From sequence record MK250029.1: a stretch of DNA of 32,000 bases. One strand, 5' to 3'. Positions within the stretch are counted from its first letter, which is position 1; the number at the start of each line of letters is the position of its first letter. The notes under the pieces were generated by a model. That model did not search any database. It worked only from the letters and a program-made list of their open reading frames with translations, and had not been told where the DNA came from. This DNA is from Prevotella phage Lak-C1. Below, piece by piece: positions 30,701-32,000 of the stretch. A program made the translations under genes and the position numbers.

Positions 30701-32000
30701 CATCATCTGTTGAATCGTCATCTGTTGTTTCATCATCATCTATATCATCAGAATTATCTTCACCTGTTACATCATCTGCTTGTTTCTGCCATTCCTTATA
30801 TTCTGCCTTAATATCATCAAGTTTCTCTTCTGCATCTGCAATAGCTTTTTCAAGTTTCTCCTTATTTTCATCAGATGCTGATTCAAGAGCTTTATTAAGT
30901 TTTTCAATCATATCCTCATACTTCTCAATAGAATCTTCATATTGGTTCTTTGTCTCATTAAGTTTAAGAATAATCTTATCTTGAGATGGAAGTAAATCAC
31001 TGAATAATGATGATACATTAATACCCATATGTTCATTTAACTTATTCTTACAGAAAATAGGATTTACGTTTCTGTAGAATGTATGCTGACCAATCGCATC
31101 ATTATGTGTTGCAATGAATATATTCTGATCAAGTTTAAACAAGTCTGCATTAATATTATTATTCTCATTAAGAGTTACATGCTTAGCCCAATCAATCTTT
31201 GCAATATTATTGAAATTCTCCAATAAACAAGAACACATAATATAGAAATTTGTATCATAATCATCATACTTCATACACATTTCACGAAGATTACGAAGTG
31301 TTTCTTTTGATTCTTTATGTCCATAAATATCAACATAACCTTCAAAAATTGTTGCATACTTATCATTACTGTGAAGTATAATATGATCTTCATTTATTTC
31401 AACATGTGGATCATTTACAAGACGACAAAGTTCAACAAATCTCTCATCAAGTTGATCAACAAGTTTATCTTCTAATACAGCAATATTATTTCCTTTCTTT
31501 ACATAGAACTGACCGTTAACATTGAAAATTGCTTCATTTTCCTTAACATACTGAACAGGAGTATAGATATTAGAAACTGATGCATTTTCTCTAATAATAT
31601 TAATCTGATCTTTAATATTTAATGCTTTCTCAGTAAGTTCATTTGCTCTGCGAGAATTATCTGAATAGATAACATTAAACATTTCATTGATATAAGGATC
31701 AGAAGCATATGGCATCAACGCATTACGTAATTGAACTCTGTTAATAGCATTAGGTTCTTTTACATAACGAGCAACATCTTCTTGAATAAGGTCTACATAA
31801 ATGAATGAAGAATGATCATCCTTCATTTCCTCTAAAATCTTAGTAAGTGTAATTTCTTCACGTTTTGAATCTACCTTTTCGGTAATAGACTTCATTGCCT
31901 TACTAACAGGAAGCAAATAATTAAATTTAGATACGTTCTGAAGGAATGTTTCATAAAGTCTTTCTTCATATGCGCCCTGATTAATAGCATTAGAATAAAG
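27753..32000 (-). CDS. Giant acidic protein, at least 1415 aa, incomplete at window edge; contains a long Asp/Ser/Glu low-complexity region; possible head/scaffold-associated protein
   Basis: Track ORFs 29148-31916, 28506-29018 and 27753-28268 share one frame separated by TAG at 29148-29150 and 28506-28508; the frame stays open upstream of 31916 to 32000. Confidence 0.8.

Noticed and set aside
29170-30811. Several antisense and alternate-frame ORFs (29170-29565, 29513-29728, 29646-29885, 29924-30124, 30026-30271, 30131-30616, 30590-30811)
   Set aside because: Low-complexity His/Leu/Met/Ser strings created by reading the GAT/TCA-rich acidic region of the giant gene in other frames or strands.
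1-32000. CRISPR array, rRNA or obvious tRNA (including a suppressor tRNA-CUA)
   Set aside because: No regularly spaced direct repeats and no recognisable cloverleaf/T-loop in the short intergenic gaps by eye; a tRNAscan-SE/ARAGORN run would be needed to exclude a tRNA firmly.

Overview
The window is AT-rich and looks like part of a large tailed-phage genome that uses an alternative genetic code. In-frame TAG is read as an amino acid, almost certainly Gln (code 15), while TAA and TGA remain stops. Reading TAG as sense merges the broken ORF track into long genes: a T4 gp23-like major capsid protein (21224-23212, -), a 1438-aa helicase plus N6-adenine methyltransferase (9502-13818, -), an acidic giant ORF of more than 1400 aa running off the right edge (27753->32000, -), an IS607-type element (serine recombinase 17474-18079 and TnpB-like RuvC nuclease 18131-19480, +), a HExxH protein and two tandem LRR-like paralogs. 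Other recognisable genes are a zinc-ribbon DNA methyltransferase, a Vsr-like/EDxHD homing-type endonuclease, a GIY-YIG endonuclease and a DUF2828/TROVE-like vWA protein. The most interesting locus is 8831-10173. The C-terminal (specificity-like) third of the helicase-methyltransferase is matched by a headless, oppositely oriented paralogous cassette. The two are bounded by a 30-bp inverted repeat (29/30 identical) in the same codon register, and their stops overlap at the centre. This predicts an invertible target-recognition cassette inside a phage gene. A second candidate is a run of three hairpins at the 3' end of the recoded tnpB (19387-19473), a possible guide-RNA scaffold. All calls are by eye. 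No database search, folding or alignment software was run.
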